A stretch of DNA of 64,000 bases from Octopus vulgaris (GCA_951406725.2 OX597837.1:42904001-42968000), one strand, 5' to 3'; positions 28,360 to 43,529 are shown, numbered from the stretch's first letter. Notes: a model not told the origin generated them from the sequence alone. Numbers and translations: made by a program.

Positions 28360-28854
28360 GCACACACACACGCAAGCACATAATCCTATACTTATAAAAA
28401 TACTTAATCCATTTGGGTGTTTTTAAATAAATAATAAGAAAAAGTATTAAAAATGAAAATCCCAAATAAATACTATTTTCCTTCGACAAAATGTGCAATT
28501 AGAAAAATGAATTTATATAAAACAATTCTTTGATAATGCAGGCTTGTCTTTGATAAACATTGGAAAAGAAGAAATCCTGAAGTTTGTAGAATTTTGATAC
28601 GCGTGTTTCTTTGCTTTTTTTTCTTTCTTTCTTGAAAAGATTAAGCTTGCTTTAAATATAGAACAAGATGTAGAGGAGTGAATATTCGTTGAATAAAAAT
28701 ATCGGAAAATTTGTTTAAATAAAATATTAGGTCGATAAAAACACAGAAATCTCACCACCACCAACACCACCACCACACAACTTTTCTTTCTCATACACTC
28801 TCCCTCACACACTCTCTGTCCATCTCTTTCTTTCTTTCTTTCTTTCTCTCTCTC

Positions 28855-28983
<129 letters not shown>

Positions 28984-29077
28984 CTATACAATATATATAC
29001 ATATATATATACATACATTATATGTATATAATGTTCATATTGCATATGTACGTATGTATTTATATATCATATATACA

Positions 29078-29117
<40 letters not shown>

Positions 29118-29194
29118 TGTACATATATGTATGTATATATGCATGTTTTTTATATTATTTTGTTGTTATATATATATGCATATACTTATACACA

Positions 29195-29234
<40 letters not shown>

Positions 29235-29283
29235 TATTATATATATATATATATATTAATGTATGTATGTGTATGTCTGTGTA

Positions 29284-29335
<52 letters not shown>

Positions 29336-29699
29336 GGCAGGCACGTACACTTTATTTGCTAGATCTAAACGTATGGAATGTATAATTCAACCATCGATCG
29401 ATTTTGACGATCAGTAGATCAGCATTTCTGTTGTTTGTTCAAATGCATTGCCTACTCATTGGTTTTATAATTATCATTCCGACGAGGATTCCGCCAACAC
29501 AGGAACCTTTAACGTAATTGTGGGGCAAAATGAGTATAACACCGTTGTGATGCGCCAACGCTGTGTTTTGAAACCACAGAAACAATCCATCCACGGCCTT
29601 TCACACAGTTTTTATCGAAGCCAATTTCACTCGAATCTTTAACCTCCACCCCCCACCAAAACATTGGTTTCATAGTTTGACACAAGGTCACTATTTTCG

Positions 29700-30120
29700 T
29701 CTCCAGTACTTATTTTATCGACCCCGAAAGGATCAAAGCTAAAGTCGGCCTCGGCGGAATCTGAACTCAGAACATAAAGATTGACAAAATGCCGTAAGCT
29801 TTTTGTCTGGCATGCTAATGATTCTTATTTCTTTTACTGCCCACAAGGGGCTACACATAGACGGGACAAACAAGGACGGACAAACGGATTAAGTCGATTA
29901 TATCGACCCAGTGCGTGACTGGTACTTATTTAATCGAATCCGAAAGGATGAAAGGCAAAGTCTACCTTTGCGGAATTTGAACTCAGAACGTTGCGGCAGA
30001 CAAAATACCTATTTCTTTACTACCCACAAGGGGCTACACACAGAGGGGACAAGCAAGGACAGACAAACAGATTAAGTCGATTATATCGATGCCAGTGCGT
30101 AACTGGTACTTATTTAATCG
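29700..30120 (-). mobile_element. SINE family A multimer
   Basis: Tandem body units. Confidence 0.8.
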
Positions 30121-30135
30121 CCCTCCCGGTAAAAA

Positions 30136-30745
30136 GTGGTAGGGCAGAGCCATTATAAATAGACCAGCAGACAGTTGTCAAGAGAAGGTCGAGAGTCGAG
30201 GAGTTGAGAGTCGACAGTTCTAGTCGGTGTCTTGTGAAGCTATCAGCGATAGTAAGACAGATGTTAGTGTATTACTATTCCGGTACGAAGAGATACAACG
30301 GTATCCGATGACTAGTAACTATTGTGGCTACTAGCATAAAACCACAGCTACAGTATAAAGGCAGTCACACATCACACCAATGGGAGAAACCCACTTTACA
30401 ACAGGTGGTTCGTCTGTATTACTGTATTACTAAAAAAATTAAACATTATACAATCAACAGGTAACATCTTAAACATTAAGCATGAAACCTTCTCTCCCTG
30501 CATATGCAAGTAATATGTTACATTCAAGTATTTCGAAGAGGGACCCCTACATTGTCTAACGTGTCCGTCTCATTTTTAAAGACATTCAAATGGGATTTGG
30601 CGAAGATTTGGTTGCTACTTCTGTCATACTATCGCTGATAGTTTCACAAGACACCGACTAGAACTGTTGACTCTCAACTCCTCGACTCTCGACCTTCTCT
30701 TGACGACTGTCTACTGGTATATTTATAATGGCTCCGTCCTACCAC
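30136..30745. mobile_element. Element with long imperfect inverted repeats of about 125 bp (MITE-like, or inverted LTR/pLTR fragment)
   Basis: 30136-30261 is the reverse complement of 30620-30745, with mostly transition mismatches. Confidence 0.75.
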
Positions 30746-31089
30746 AGATCAAGAGGACTTCGAAGGACCTGCTTATATGAAATACTTTATGAACGTCATT
30801 CAAAAGGTTAAGAATATTAGCAACAAGTTCACTTCTTTCCAATAACCCTTCCAACCTCATTAAGTCTTTCTGGCGTCAGTTTTTTTGAAAAATTTAATCC
30901 TCTTGGTATGTTTCTATAGAATTTAATTTCTCCGCTGTTTTCTTTCCGCTATGCACACACACGCACGCACGTACACACACACATGCAAGCACATTCACAT
31001 ACACACACACACACACACATACAGATATACATATACACAGACATGGGTAAGTGTATATGTTCGTATATTTAGATGTATATATATGTATA

Positions 31090-31121
<32 letters not shown>

Positions 31122-31233
31122 GGATAAAATCTTTATAAGAAAGTATCAAGAAGTTTGCGTGAAAAACCTCATAAGGGAAACATTTATTAATTATTCTCTT
31201 TAAATATATTGCTATACATACATACATGTATAT

Positions 31234-31352
<119 letters not shown>

Positions 31353-31485
31353 TGAACATGTGTGTGTATATACGTATATATGCATATATATATATATATA
31401 CATATATATACATATATGTATATATATATATGAACATGTGTGTGTATATACGTATATATGCATATATATATATACATATATATAC

Positions 31486-31518
<33 letters not shown>

Positions 31519-31928
31519 TGAATATACATAGGTATATATATGTGTATATATACATACATACATACATGCATACGTACACATACATGTGTTCATACGTTGC
31601 ATATATATATATATACTATTAGATATTTAGATAAGCATAAATCGATAGATAAATGGATAGATAGATATACAAATATGCATAAGTACAAATTTGCTCTTAC
31701 ACGATTAGTACCGCTTTCTTCGGGAAGAATTCACTTGTGACTCTTGGAAGAATTCTTTTACTGAGCGATAGAGTTAGTCTTGTGAAGGTCATGCATTTGA
31801 TAATATAACTACCTTCCCCGTCACATGTATTGCGTACTATACTTTTAGTTGTGCTTTTTTCGTTTTAATCAGCATCATTAACAATAAATTTATATAAAAT
31901 ACACAGAAAAGAACATATACATACATGG

Positions 31929-31969
<41 letters not shown>

Positions 31970-32050
31970 CATACATACATACATACATACATACATACAT
32001 ACATACATACATACATACATGCATACATATATATATATGTATATATATGT

Positions 32051-32133
<83 letters not shown>

Positions 32134-32136
32134 CGT

Positions 32137-32385
32137 GGAGGCGCGTGGCTTAGTGGTTAGGGTGTCAGCACTATGATCGTAAGATTGTGGTTTCGATTCC
32201 CGGACCGGGCGACGCGTTGTGTTCTTGAGCAAAACACTTCATTTCTCGTTGCTCCAGTCCACTCAGCGGGCAAAAATGAGTAACGCTGCGATGGACTGGC
32301 GTCCCGTCCAGCTGGGGAGCACATACGCCATAGAAACCGGGAAACCGGTCCTATGAGCCTGGCTAGGCTTTAAAAGGGCGCATTT
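32137..32385 (+). mobile_element. SINE family C
   Basis: tRNA-like head; TGTGTTCTTGAGCAAAACACTT; GCGATGGACTGGCGTCCCGTCCAG. Confidence 0.85.
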
Positions 32386-32449
32386 ATTTTTTATCATATA
32401 TATATATACACACACATACATACATATACGCACACATACATACTTATAC

Positions 32450-32870
32450 ATATATTCAGGAGGAAGTAGCCACAAGACACACATCAAGAATTCTATGCAT
32501 TTCCCAGCTCAAAGAGGCGAGCCCCGTTCTATGCTCGGGTCAAGACACAAGACACAGCACCCGATATCAGCAGCGGGCCTCGACAGCATATACTGTTTTA
32601 TCCCCGCCGCATTATGCTGGTTCCGTACCCCTTTGAGCACCATCGAATTCACTCATCCGTCCACAAACACTCTCTAAGCTTTCCTATCATTTATAAACTT
32701 TCTTACCTCTCTCATTCCAGCACTTCTCCACCAAAACTTTCTCAATGCATCCAGCCTCACAAACCGAGGTCTGACTCTGGTTCTGCTACCACTTCCCCCT
32801 TCATCACCCTCCTTACCATCCGCTTTTCATCCATCCTCTCCATGTGGCCTAACCACCTCAACATTCGTGT
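32450..32870 (-). mobile_element. RTE/RTE-X LINE 3' end with 3' UTR
   Basis: Minus frame RMLRWLGHMERMDEKRMVRRVMKGEV. Confidence 0.7.
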
Positions 32871-32889
32871 ATATACATGTATCTGAGTC

Positions 32890-33227
32890 AGAGACTCCCT
32901 TCGGTCACGACACTGACCATGGGACTGCACCTAGAAAGTTACCCTCCCAGGCACAAGTCCGAGCAAAGTCGTTTATGAAATACCAACAGTCACCCATGCA
33001 TACCGGCCTCCCCTCTCCACGGCACTGATCTTATCCAAGGGAAAGGCAAAGGGGCCGATACAGCTTGGCACCTGTGACGTCACAACTCATTTCTACAGCT
33101 GAGTGAACTGGAGCAACGTGAAATAAAGTGTCTTGCTCAAGAATAGAACACGCAGCCTGGTCCGGGGTTCGAGCTCACAACCCCACGATCGTAAGCTCGA
33201 CGCTCTAACCACAGCTATGCGCCTCCA
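32890..33227 (-). mobile_element. SINE family D
   Basis: Homologous to 53832-54170; tRNA-like head. Confidence 0.8.
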
Positions 33228-34514
33228 CACACACACATATATATGTATGTATGTATACACGCATACACAAACACAGTCGTACGAAGACACACACGTACAT
33301 GTATACACGTATACATAGATACATAGATGCATACATACATGTCAGAACACAATATGTTTGGAAAATGAAATAAACTCATATAAGGTGACTATATAGATAC
33401 ATACGCACACATACACACGCATACAAACACTTACGCGCATATTACCATATTTTTTCCATATACATACATACGCATAATTGCCAAAATGTCCACATATACT
33501 CTTCGACATATTCTGATATTTAAAGAAACAGAAATTACCAAAATATACATTTCTCCTAGAAATGTTTTTTTTTTGTGTGTGTGTGTGTGTGTGTATGTGT
33601 GTGTATGTGTATGTGTGTGTGTGAATGTCTGTGCGTATGTGTGCGTGTGTGTATATATACATACATTAAACATATATATATATACATACCTATGTACGTA
33701 CACACACATACCCTTATACAGGTATATGTGTGCATATATGTGTAAATACATACACCTGTACACAAAAGCATATATATACATGTATAAATACGTGTATATA
33801 TATATATATATATGTATATGTAAACACTTATATATTTGTATAAGTACATATATTGATATGCATATGTATATATGCATATCCAGAGAACAATACATACATA
33901 TATGAATATATCTATATATGTATATGTATATTAATATATGCATATAAGTGTATATATATATATATATATATGCACTCACACATGTACATACATATATTTA
34001 ACGGGAAGTTTTAGCTGTGTGATTGAATAAGTAACTTACTAAGAAGAGGAAGTTTGTCGAGTGAATATTTTGCATTTATCTATAATAGTTTTCTTATATT
34101 TGTTTTTCGTTCATTTAAGCAAGACATGTCGAAGATCAATAAATGCAGAAAGATTCTTTTTAAAGAGGGTTTTAAAATTTGCATAAAATCTCACAGTTAC
34201 AGAAAAACAAAACACACACAATCACAAAAAATAAACCGATACCAGCAAATGTAGAAAGTAGCGAAAGAACGAAACGTAACGTATAAATGTACATAAGTTC
34301 TTCTAATATATTGTGTCCAATCTCAGAATAAGAATAACAGAAGGTATTTTCATAAGTAAGGGTTAAGGTTAATATATATTTTTTCAAATTCTTGACGGCT
34401 CTTCACTCAAAATTGCATTCAAATTCCCGTCAAACACCAAGTTAAAAATGGCCGTTTCTTATCATTTGAAGTGAGAAAGAAAAATGGTGGAACATTTATT
34501 TTAAAAGCTAAGTG

Positions 34515-34905
34515 TATGTATTTATGTATGTACGAGTGCGTGTATAGATATGCGCATATGTATGTATGTGTGTGTGACTGCATGTGTATATGTGTGTGCA
34601 TGCGTGATTGCATAAGTGTGTATGTGTGCAGGTTTGTGTATGCATATGTGGATATGTATGCAAGAAAGTATATGTGTACATATGCATACAAATTTGTATG
34701 TATGTATGTATTTATGCGTGTGTGTGTATGGAGGTATGTATTTATGTATGTACGAGTGCGTGTATAGATATACGCATATGTATGTGTGTGTGTGACTACA
34801 TGTGTCTATGTGAGTGCATGCGTGATTGCATAAGTGTGTATGTGTGCAGGTTTGTGTATGCATATATGGGTATGTATGCAAGAAAGTATGTGTGTGTACA
34901 TAGGC
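34515..34905. repeat. Tandem duplication (about 220-bp period) of degenerate microsatellite sequence
   Basis: TACGAGTGCGTGTATAG and CGTGATTGCATAAGTGTG each occur twice about 220 bp apart. Confidence 0.8.
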
Positions 34906-35130
34906 ATATATATTTGTATGTATGTATGTGCGTATGTATGTAGGTATATAGTTATGTATATGGATGTATGATATACTTGTTTATATTCGGATGGATGTGT
35001 ATATATATATCCGTATATCTATGTATACACATCCATGTACACACACATACACGGACACACACAGAAACACACATATACATATCTGAATATATATGTGTAT
35101 CTATACATACACACACACACATATATATAT

Positions 35131-35169
<39 letters not shown>

Positions 35170-35426
35170 TTATATATACATATATATGTAAAGATATATA
35201 CATATATATATATATATAAATGTATATATATATATATATATAATTATACATATATATATTTAGATATTTTATATATATATATATGTATATATACATATAT
35301 ATGTATATATATATACATATACATACATATATATGTATTGTATGTATGTATATATATATGTATATATATACATACATACATAAATGTAATGTATTATGCA
35401 TGTGTGCGCGAGAATGTATATATATG

Positions 35427-35530
<104 letters not shown>

Positions 35531-35581
35531 TACATACATATATATATATATAAATATACATACATATATATATATATAAAT

Positions 35582-35676
<95 letters not shown>

Positions 35677-35807
35677 CGTGCTTATAAATTATTAAAAACA
35701 GCACAAAAATGTAAAAAGAAAAAGTAATATTAAAAAAAAAAGAGAAATTTATGGAAATATTTGTCTACACATATCTTTGATACAAATGTGAGATAGCGAA
35801 TCGAGAA

Positions 35808-35848
<41 letters not shown>

Positions 35849-36504
35849 AAAAAATAACAAATATACCTAAAAAAAAATTAATAAAAAAAAAATTCCTACT
35901 GAATTATTCTTTCGTATTTGCCTCAACTTTTGCCAATACATTTTTTTTCTTTTGTCACTGTTTTTTTTTTTATCAAAAGAAACTTTCTAGAACATTCGAA
36001 ATTCATGCTGGTTAGTCTCATACGCAGCCCAATGTATGCTCGGTGTAGAATTTTCTCATATGTTCATGCATATATTTACACTGGTATTAGCATATATTCA
36101 CACGTATCTCATAGTGTATATTATACTTTTAGATAATATTTTATTTCCACTTTTTTTTTTTATAGAATGAAACACATGTATATCTATTATCCAAATATAT
36201 CGTTCCTGAATTCGTTTGAAGTTTGGTTCTTTTTTTTTGTTTTTTTGAAATTTATAACCTACTAAGTCGAGCATTCGAGACTTTGGAAACCACCTCAATA
36301 AGACATGTTCAGGTATAGATTGCGTTCGTTCACTTCTCTCTTTTCCTTTTTCCCTCTGTTCAATCTATTTAAATCCATGAAGATTTGTGGTATAGCATGC
36401 ATATATATATATATATCACCTAGTATCACTGAAGTTCAACGCTATTCATTCCCGGCTATTGTGAAGTAAACTTATATATATATATATATACATATATGCA
36501 TATC

Positions 36505-36591
<87 letters not shown>

Positions 36592-36730
36592 TGATTTTGT
36601 GTTTGTCCCTCTACCACCACTGCTAGACAACGGTGTTGGTTCATTTACGCCCACTGTAACTTTTCAGTTTGGCAAAGAAAGACGCGACAAAATAAGAACT
36701 AGGCTAAAAAGAAGCACTGATAAATGATAA

Positions 36731-36823
<93 letters not shown>

Positions 36824-37389
36824 GACAAGTGTACGTACCCGCTATATTTTATATATAAAAAATACAAATAAGGGACAACAAAATATCCAGACGATGATAC
36901 AAGGAAGACAAGGACGATCATTCGGTTTCTATCTCAGTCGAGTTCAAATGCAAATAACAGGACATAACAACAGGTGTCTTTCGACAAAGGACGAATTAAA
37001 TTAAGCTGGCGCGTGTGGAAGTGAAGCCTAACGTGAGGGACATAAGATTTAACAAGCACAGGAAGGAATATAGATGTTGCACGGACAGTAGTCCAACCAA
37101 GAAAGGTCAGGCCTGGCCGAACAGGAGGGGAGAGAAGAACGAGAGAGGCAGAGGCAGAGGGACAGAAGAATTATGGAGGGGCGAGAGAAGAATGAAGGAG
37201 ACACAGTGAAGTGAAAGAGGGAAAGTGAGCATGAAGAGAAGGCCAGGAAATGTGAGAGAGGGGGAACGAAAGAACGAAGAGTGGAATGAACGAAGTAGGA
37301 AAGGGTTGTTAGAAAGAAGGAGCTCCGAGAAAGAAGGAACGAATGAAAGAAGACAAAGAACAATAGAGTCGTACAAAATTTAGGAGGAG

Positions 37390-37521
37390 TGCTTACCAAC
37401 CACATGGTTCCGGGTTCAGTCCCACTGCGTGGCATCTTGGGCAAATGTCTTCTGCTATAGCTTCGGACCGACCAATGCCTTGTGAGTGGATTTGGTAGAC
37501 GGAAACTGAAAGAAGCCTGTC

Positions 37522-37555
<34 letters not shown>

Positions 37556-37777
37556 GTGTGTATATGTTTGTGTGTCTGTGTTTGTCCCCCCACTTGACAA
37601 CCGATGCTGGTGTGTTTACGTCCCCGTCACTTAGCGGTTCGGCAAAAAGAGACCGACAGAATAAGCACTGGGCTTACAAAAAGAATAAGTCCCGGGGTCG
37701 ATTTGCTCGACTAAAGGTGGTGCTCCAGCATGGCCGCAGTCAAATGACTGAAACAAGTAAAAGAGTAAAAGAGTAAA
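37390..37777 (+). mobile_element. SINE family B, 5'-truncated
   Basis: Homologous to the other family B copies. Confidence 0.85.
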
Positions 37778-38149
37778 GAGAGAGTATATACTTACATATA
37801 AGGGACCAATTTGTACACCAGCCCTTTCACACACTACAGTAAGCACCAAGAATGGTTCTCTGAACTAAATGTACAGGGTTCCATCCGACGGACTTCCGCA
37901 CAGTTTTTGTCTACCCAGTTTCATTCACAATGCTTTGGTTCAAATCGAGACAATAATAAAATAAGACGCAAGTAGTAAAATCGAAACCAGAACCTCCTTA
38001 TTGCGAGTTGAGCTTCTCAATTCCTCCGTCGTACCAACGTTCACCTCAAATTACTGCTACATCTCAACCACTCACTTATTTCCAAGTCCAACTCTGAGTA
38101 CTTCTGAATTAAATACTCACCTGGATCTACTACAGTCTATCTACCTACC

Positions 38150-38717
38150 TATTTCTTTACTACCCACAAGGGGCTAAACACGGAGAGGACAATCAAGGAC
38201 AGACAAACGGAATAAGTTGATTATATCGACCCCAGTACGTAACTGGTACTTATTTAATCGACCCCGAAAGAATGAAAGGCAAAGTCGACCTCGGCGGAGT
38301 TTGAACTCAGAACGTAGCGGCAGACGAAATACCTATTTCTTTACTACCCACAAGGGCTAAACACAGAGGGAGACAAACAAGGACAGTCAAACGGATTAAG
38401 TCGATTATATCGACCCCAGTGCGTAAATGGTACTTATTAATCGACCCCGAAAGGATGAAAGGCAAAGTCTACCTCGGCGTTGTTTGAACTCAGAACGTAG
38501 CGGCAGACGAAATACCTATTTCTTTTACTACCCAGAAGGGGCTAAACACAGAGACGACAAACAAGGACAGACAAACGGATTAAGTCGATTATATCGACCC
38601 CAGTGCGTAACTAGTACTTAAGTTATCAACCCCGAAATGATGAAAGGCAAAGTCGACCTCGGTGGAATTTGAACTCAGAACGTAGCGGCAGACGAAATAC
38701 CGCTAAGCAGCTCGCCG
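38150..38717 (-). mobile_element. SINE family A trimer with 15-bp TSD
   Basis: GTCTATCTACCTACC at 38135-38149 and 38718-38732. Confidence 0.9.
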
Positions 38718-39261
38718 GTCTATCTACCTACCATGCGTACATGTGACTTGAGAACACTGTCGAAGAACTAGACTGTAACCTAATGATAATATAAACTTAA
38801 TATAAACTTAATACGAACTAAATAGATGCCATCTTAACATTGTTTTCTCCCCTCATTCGACGCAGCGCTTAAATAACTAATGTTCAACATTTAACCTGAT
38901 ATTTATACTATCACCTCGTCGAAATACCTTCTACATGATACCTCCACAAACCACATTAGATTACCAATACATATTTCAGACTTTATCACTTCTGTATCAG
39001 TTCTTCCAGTATCGTGAGTTCTTGAAGTTCATGGTTAACATCGTTATTTAATTATAGATATATTTGTTGCACAACTTTTATTTATTATATCAATTGTTTT
39101 GCAAGATTCTTGATCGGAAGATTTCCGTTGCAACTGAATAAGCTGTATTTTGGGAAGATCATACTGCCAATAAAAGTACACAAATTCGTCATGTTTCACT
39201 TCAGTTTTTTTTTTTTTACCACTTTGGTTGGTCTTTTCGTTGTGGTCGATGGTATTGCAGA

Positions 39262-39675
39262 GGCGAGCTGGCAGAAATGTTATCAGGTCGGGCGAAATGC
39301 TTAGCGGTATTTCGTCTGCCGTTACGTTCTGAGTTCAAATTCCGATGAGGTTGACTTTACCTTTACTCCTTTCGAGATCGATAAATTAAGTACCAGTTAC
39401 GCACTGGGGTAGATGTAATCGACTTAATACCTATGTCTGTCCTTGTTTGTCCCCTCTATGTTTAGCCCCTTGTGGGTAAGAAAGAAATAGGTATTTCGTC
39501 TGCCGTTACGTTCTGAGCTCAAATTCCGCCGAGGTCGACTTTGCCTTTCATCCATTCGGGGTCGATAAATTAAGTACCAGTTACGCACTGGGGTCGATAT
39601 AATCGACTTAATCCGTTTGTCTGTTCTTGTTTGTCCTCTCTGTGTTTAGCCCCTTTTGGGTAGGAAAGAAATAAG
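39262..39675 (+). mobile_element. SINE family A dimer with 11-bp TSD
   Basis: GTATTGCAGAG at 39252-39262 and 39675-39685. Confidence 0.9.
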
Positions 39676-39689
39676 TATTGCAGAGACAT

Positions 39690-40130
39690 TGAGACAGTAA
39701 CCACCTCTGCTGTGCCTGGGTTGTTTCCAGAAGCTAGTACCAGTCTCAAGAACACTTACCACTTTTCTACATACGGATACACTACGAAGGACGAACAAGA
39801 ACAGCATCAATGGTGCCGCAGGATATGCCAGGTATATAACCGTTAATATCTGCCTTAGAATTCCTTTCTCTAGATTTTCTGTAGAGGTTTATTCCCTCAG
39901 CCAATTCTTTAAACGTTTTATAAATTACCCCACAAAACAACAGAATTTTATTGTCATAGCAGGAATTACTTGTACAGAGCCAGTCCTACTTCCTCGTTCT
40001 TCAACCTTGTACTGGTTCAATGCAACAAGTACCACGAGGTCAGTAGTTATCAGAATGCAGGATTTCTTTGGTGTTGCTTTCTCCAAAATGTGCATCTAAA
40101 GACTTGAAGGGTTTCATCTGCCGTCTGGGT
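39690..40130 (-). mobile_element. Very degenerate RTE-like RT fragment
   Basis: GYIPGISCGTIDAVLVR resembles RT domain 2 (GF.PG.GT.DAI...R). Confidence 0.35.
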
Positions 40131-40303
40131 TGACTGTGAGATCCCAATTTCCGGAATCAATTCCCTGCCTTACTAATTAACCCATAGCTGGTACGCTGAC
40201 AGGTGCTACTATTCCGGTTCAGAGTAGATCTGGGAATAATAGTGACTTAGAGGTGGTTCCTCACTACTTGAAACCCTACAACACCCATTTTAGGGCCCTG
40301 CTA

Positions 40304-40568
40304 AAATAAATAAAATAAATGCGCCCTTTTTAAAGCCTAGCCAGGCTCATGGGCCCGGTTTCCCGGTTTCTATGGCGTATGTGTTCCCCAGCTGGACGGG
40401 ACGCCAGTCCATCTCAGCGTTATTCATTTTTGCCAGCTGAGTGGACTGGAACAACGAGAAATGAAGTGTTTTGCTCAAGAACACAACGCCTCGCCCGGTC
40501 CGGGAATCGAAACCACAATCTTACGATCATGATGCTGACACCCTAATCACTAAGCTACGCGCCTCCAC
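40304..40568 (-). mobile_element. SINE family C with 12-bp TSD
   Basis: AGGGCCCTGCTA at 40292-40303 and 40569-40580. Confidence 0.9.
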
Positions 40569-41449
40569 AGGGCCCTGCTACCGGATACAATTTAAAGTCA
40601 TACCCAGGATTTACTACCAATTTATCAATCAGTTAATCGATCAGGATATCAAAGTTCTTTCGTCACAATTTATGACATCATCAATGACTTATGTGCTCCC
40701 CAAGCACCCCTTTCTGATTAGCCCTTATTACCCAATTGGTCACTGGATTAATTATCTAATTGATTGATGATAAAACAGAAGTGAAACATAATCAGTGCGT
40801 GTATTTTACTGGCTGCATGACCCTCCCAAAATACAATATTTTACTTTAACGTCTCTATTTTGTTTCTATAAAGCATACTGAATCCCCTCATTGAAGAGTT
40901 GTAACTTAACTTATATATTTCTTCAGCTTTATCCAGCCTTTTAGTTCATAACAGCATTCCAATTATATTCTGACCAAACCAGTTACCGTTCATACATATT
41001 TCTATCCCTAAAGCTTAACATTATCTTTAGTCATTCCTCTTTCAACGCAACACTATAAAGACATTCAAATTTAAATTCTTTAGATACATTTAATATTTAC
41101 TAAAAAAAACATACAAACAAAAAAAGCTCCTAATATTTCGAATTAGTCTAAAGGAAAGCAGTTTTTTTCCATAATAATTCTAGAAAATGGTAACTCCGCC
41201 TCTCATTCACAAGTATTTCCCCCCATTAAAATGACTAAACTCCACGCATCTTAAAATCATACTCAGCATACACATATATACATACATATGTATGTATGTG
41301 TGTATGTATGTATGTATGTATGTATGTATGTATGTATGTATGTATGTATGTATGTATGTATGTATGTATGTATGTATGTATGTATGTATACATGTGTGTG
41401 AGTGTGTGTATGTGTATATATATATGTAGATAGATATTATGTATATATA

Positions 41450-41487
<38 letters not shown>

Positions 41488-41519
41488 ATATCTATCTACA
41501 TATATATATACACATGTAT

Positions 41520-41583
<64 letters not shown>

Positions 41584-41851
41584 GTGTGTGAGTGTGTGCG
41601 TGTGTGTGTATATATATGTAGAGAGATATTATGTATATACATATATGTATATATATATACATATATATATGTATTTCTATACATATATAGTATGATAATG
41701 TACACTAGTGTATATAGTGTATACAAACCTACTTATGTATGTATGTATGTATGTATGTATGTATGTATGTATGTATGTATGTATGTATGTATGTATGTAT
41801 GTATGTATGTATGTATGAATGTATCTATCTATCTATCTATCTGTCTATCTA

Positions 41852-41894
<43 letters not shown>

Positions 41895-42287
41895 ATATAT
41901 GGATATATACGTGTATATATGTTTGTGTGCGTGTGTTTAATGGTGGTTGAATTCATTTCTTTCAAGACCACAATCAGCCGCAGGGTGATACTAGAATTAG
42001 TTTTAAACGTATTCAGGTATTATAAATATATGGGATACTCCAAATGTTCCAGCTTTCTACAGTATTCTTTCTTTAAATTTGGAATGCCATATTTTTAAGA
42101 AAAAACAACAACATACAGTTGCGCACATACACACATGCACACAGACTCACACACACATACAAACATTCACAGATACACATATATACACGCACACACATAC
42201 GTATATATATATATATATATATGCATGTATGTCGAAGTCATATGCTGGCGCTTTTTAGTTTGAGTCCTATAGAGACATACGCATACA

Positions 42288-42352
<65 letters not shown>

Positions 42353-42385
42353 AGAATCAAATTACCGAGTAGTAAGTCTGTCATA

Positions 42386-42459
<74 letters not shown>

Positions 42460-42460
42460 G

Positions 42461-42491
<31 letters not shown>

Positions 42492-42818
42492 GTATATATC
42501 TATGTATGTATGTATGTATATACTTTGATACTTTGATACTTTGATAGGTTTCGGCCATTATTGGCCCAGGCCATGTCTATATATATGTCTATATATATAT
42601 ATTTATCTATATATATATATATATATATAGATAGGTTTTGTTTTCATCCCGCAGGGTGTCCAATAAACACCCTCATCACCAAGCAAGCTTGGTGGGGTTG
42701 CCGGTTTAGTCACCAACGACCCGGCCATGCAACAGGTTGTACTGGGTTACATGTTACCAGTAGCACTCGAAAGTGACCTGACATATATATACATATACAT
42801 ACATACATACATACAGAC

Positions 42819-42881
<63 letters not shown>

Positions 42882-43014
42882 GACATATATATAGACGTAG
42901 ACATACACACACACACGCACACATATATACATTGATTGAATAGAATCTGAGAAAGCTGGACTTAGTTTGCTTTGGCAAAAGTAACACAAGTAATTAAAAC
43001 AGTAGTAATAAACG

Positions 43015-43051
43015 CCTCAACGTTTCGGACATGCGTTCTTCGTCAGAAAGG
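43015..43051 (-). ncRNA. Minimal hammerhead motif in a third mini-element family (about 42920-43055)
   Basis: Reverse complement CCTTT-CTGACGA-A-GAAC gcat GTCC-GAAACGT-T-GAGG; one stem II mismatch. Confidence 0.55.
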
Positions 43052-43343
43052 TTATATATATAATCATGATGATATGTAAATATATATAAAATTATAATGA
43101 TGTATATGTAAAGAGAGAAAGCGAGAGAGAAAGAGAGAGAAAAAGAGAGAGGGGAAGAGTGAGATGAAGAGTGAAAGAGAGTGAGAGATTTCAAGCACAA
43201 GGTAGACGTCTAAGAGTAAATAACTAGTTTGCAAACACAGCGTGTTTATGATTAAGTACGTATATAAAAATCTTAAATAATATTAAGTAAATATAGAAAT
43301 ATACTATGTAAATATCGTTATGCCAATCATAATTTCTTTGCAG

Positions 43344-43401
43344 ATGCCTAGTGAAGCCATAAACATCTAAATGTATGCGGATATAACGGATACAAGTGAA
43401 G
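43344..43401 (+). other. Candidate 58-nt exon (non-coding, or 5'-UTR plus start MYADITDTSE)
   Basis: TTTCTTTGCAG| acceptor and AAG|GTAAGT donor; all three frames contain an early stop. Confidence 0.3.
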
Positions 43402-43529
43402 GTAAGTGGTCCTTGACGAATTCTTAATGATATCTGAAACTGGTCGAGTCAATCCTCATTGTGCTGTCGAAGCTTTTGTGGTTTGTCCACAGATTCTTGA
43501 ATGATGAAACTAAATAGAATGTTCCCTGT

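Noticed and set aside
38150-38717. CRISPR-like or satellite array
   Set aside because: The units are full repeats of about 180 bp with no unique spacers, bounded by a TSD.
42545-42575. Possible additional hammerhead on the minus strand (GGCCA ataa TGGCC GAAAC)
   Set aside because: The CUGANGA half of the core is missing; at best a deleted remnant.
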